Shown: one piece after another, positions 62,622 through 64,000 of the stretch | Position numbering within the stretch: position 1 is the stretch's first letter | How the letters are laid out: each line of letters opens with the position of its first letter | Assembly: GCA_034439575.1 (NCBI GenBank) | Contig: JAWXAQ010000033.1 | Coordinates: 192,001-256,000 of the forward strand | Length of the DNA stretch: 64,000 nucleotides | Direction: 5' to 3' | From: Leptospira sp. | Lineage (GTDB): Bacteria > Spirochaetota > Leptospiria > Leptospirales > Leptospiraceae | Program-made: the position numbers and the translations under genes | The notes under the pieces: model-generated | Told to the model about the DNA's origin: nothing | The model's database searches: none | Seen by the model: only the letters and a program-made list of their open reading frames with translations

Positions 62622-64000
62622 ATGAAAATTATTTTCTTTTTAATTTTATCATCTTTATATTTTTCTCCTCTCATCCTTTTTCCACAATCAGCTAAAGCCA
62701 GTTATCTGGACGGTAAAAATCGAAATATAATCAGTTATAATATAGGCGTATCTTGTCCCAAAAAAATAGAAGATGTGAAATCCATTCGTATGCCTGAACT
62801 TTCCGAACTACGATTGAAATTCCCAAATGCCTCTGCAGGTAATTTTACAGGTCCTGACAATGGTGAAACCTACCAATGGAAAAATGGGCTTTATAAATGG
62901 ACAAGGTCTGATGGAACCGTTGTGAATGAATGGGAAAATGGAACGGTCCAATTAGAATCACCTGGCAAGTTTAAATTATTAGCCTTCCCTCCAACTTGCC
63001 AAAATTGTTTACCAAATTTAAACATAGAGTTTAAAGATGGTTCATCACTTAACAGGTTTTATTCGCCTGACACAAAAGTTTTTTCTTATTTTGTTAAAAA
63101 ATGTGCAGGTAAAGATTTTGAACTCACTGACAGAATCTCATACTTTAAAGACCCATCTCGCACCGAACTTACAAAATATTCTTACCCAAAGACTGCCCCG
63201 ACAGATTTTCAATCTTATCTCAATATCACAGAACCTAACATTGATGATCTGAGATTAAAAATTTCTGGCAATGTTGCCGCCAATTTTTCGGGGCCAGATG
63301 GTGGGGTGGTAAACTTTTGGAAACCAGGGCATTATCAATGGAAAAGATCAGATGGGAGTATATTTATCGAACAGGAAAATGGAAGTTGGCATTTAAATAT
63401 TCCAAACCAAATCAAAATCGATTCCTATACGCAAGTCTGTAACGGATGTTTGCCGAGTTTAACTTATACTTGGCCGGATGGATCACAAATTCACAAATCA
63501 TGGATACCCCACCGGAAAGATTACTCGGTTTATTACCAGAATGACACAAAAAAACCAGCACTTCTCTGGCTTATCCCTGATCCAAACAAATTTGCCAAGT
63601 TACGAACGACTATTGGTTCCTATGAGTTTTATCATTCTGCCTCCTGGAATTTCTTTTTAGAAGGACTTCGTGACGTTTTTAACCAAAAAGCCTATTTCAA
63701 TGAATTGGAAAGAGAATATGGTTTGTCCAATGAAGGAAAAATTCCTGTGCTTTTATTTGATAAATCGGCAGAGTCCATGGCATACAACGGGCGTGAGTTG
63801 CCAGGTGGTTCTGCGGAAGGGGGCTTTGGTGGTCAAGATTCGATTCAGATATGTTGTGGAGAAAAACAAATACAAGCCCCCTCAGATGCAGTGATAGCAG
63901 AAGATACCAAAAAAAGATTGTATTATGGGACTTTTTTTCATGAAGCCACACATAACATGCATCAGATTGGATGTCTGACAAAAAGAGTCGGTAAACAAGG
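62622..64000 (+). CDS. Secreted HExxH zinc metallopeptidase-like protein with duplicated N-terminal domain; runs off the right edge
   Basis: Not in the ORF track. Open frame from ATG 62622 (GAGG RBS) to the end; signal peptide MKIIFFLILSSLYFSPLILFP; FFHEATHNMH with HEATH at 63939-63953. Confidence 0.8.
   Translation, partial: MKIIFFLILSSLYFSPLILFPQSAKASYLDGKNRNIISYNIGVSCPKKIEDVKSIRMPELSELRLKFPNASAGNFTGPDNGETYQWKNGLYKWTRSDGTVVNEWENGTVQLESPGKFKLLAFPPTCQNCLPNLNIEFKDGSSLNRFYSPDTKVFSYFVKKCAGKDFELTDRISYFKDPSRTELTKYSYPKTAPTDFQSYLNITEPNIDDLRLKISGNVAANFSGPDGGVVNFWKPGHYQWKRSDGSIFIEQENGSWHLNIPNQIKIDSYTQVCNGCLPSLTYTWPDGSQIHKSWIPHRKDYSVYYQNDTKKPALLWLIPDPNKFAKLRTTIGSYEFYHSASWNFFLEGLRDVFNQKAYFNELEREYGLSNEGKIPVLLFDKSAESMAYNGRELPGGSAEGGFGGQDSIQICCGEKQIQAPSDAVIAEDTKKRLYYGTFFHEATHNMHQIGCLTKRVGKQ

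Noticed and set aside
63037..63981. Four short ORFs in the track at the right end
   Set aside because: Alternative-frame or antisense fragments within the long ORF starting at 62622.
1..64000. Search for CRISPR arrays, tRNA/rRNA genes, IS elements, integrases, retrons/reverse transcriptases and prophage genes
   Set aside because: None recognised by eye; intergenic gaps are short and lack repeat-spacer or cloverleaf patterns. A tRNAscan/Infernal/ISEScan run would be needed to exclude them formally.

Overview
AT-rich bacterial chromosomal segment whose gene content (OmpL37-like adhesin, P83/100-like protein, FapA/DUF342, bactofilin, spirochaete-type lipoboxes, LL-DAP aminotransferase, futalosine-type prenyltransferase) points to Leptospira (inferred, not database-checked). 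It is mostly densely packed housekeeping genes: sppA (partial), rpmB, nth, ubiA-like/ubiX, pyrB, dapL, rho-rpmE, gltA, a lytic transglycosylase, pdxA, sucB-lpdA-sucA, rpiB, serC and ilvBN. I saw no rRNA, tRNA, CRISPR array, integrase or transposase. The best leads are: (i) a more AT-rich islet at ~38.7-44.8 kb holding an unannotated PP2C/SpoIIE pseudogene, a chemoreceptor followed directly by a CarF/TMEM189 (plasmalogen desaturase)-type gene with the full His set, and a 7-repeat beta-propeller lipoprotein; (ii) a NifU/IscU-pentapeptide repeat fusion behind rho-rpmE; (iii) an intrinsic terminator lying inside the 5' coding region of a 7TM-DISM/PP2C sensor downstream of gltA; (iv) a sigma28-like promoter ahead of a large membrane protein/TPR/RHH/degenerate-PIN operon; (v) an ORF missing from the track at the right edge, a secreted HExxH metallopeptidase with a tandemly duplicated CxxC domain. 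All functional calls come from motif recognition by eye.
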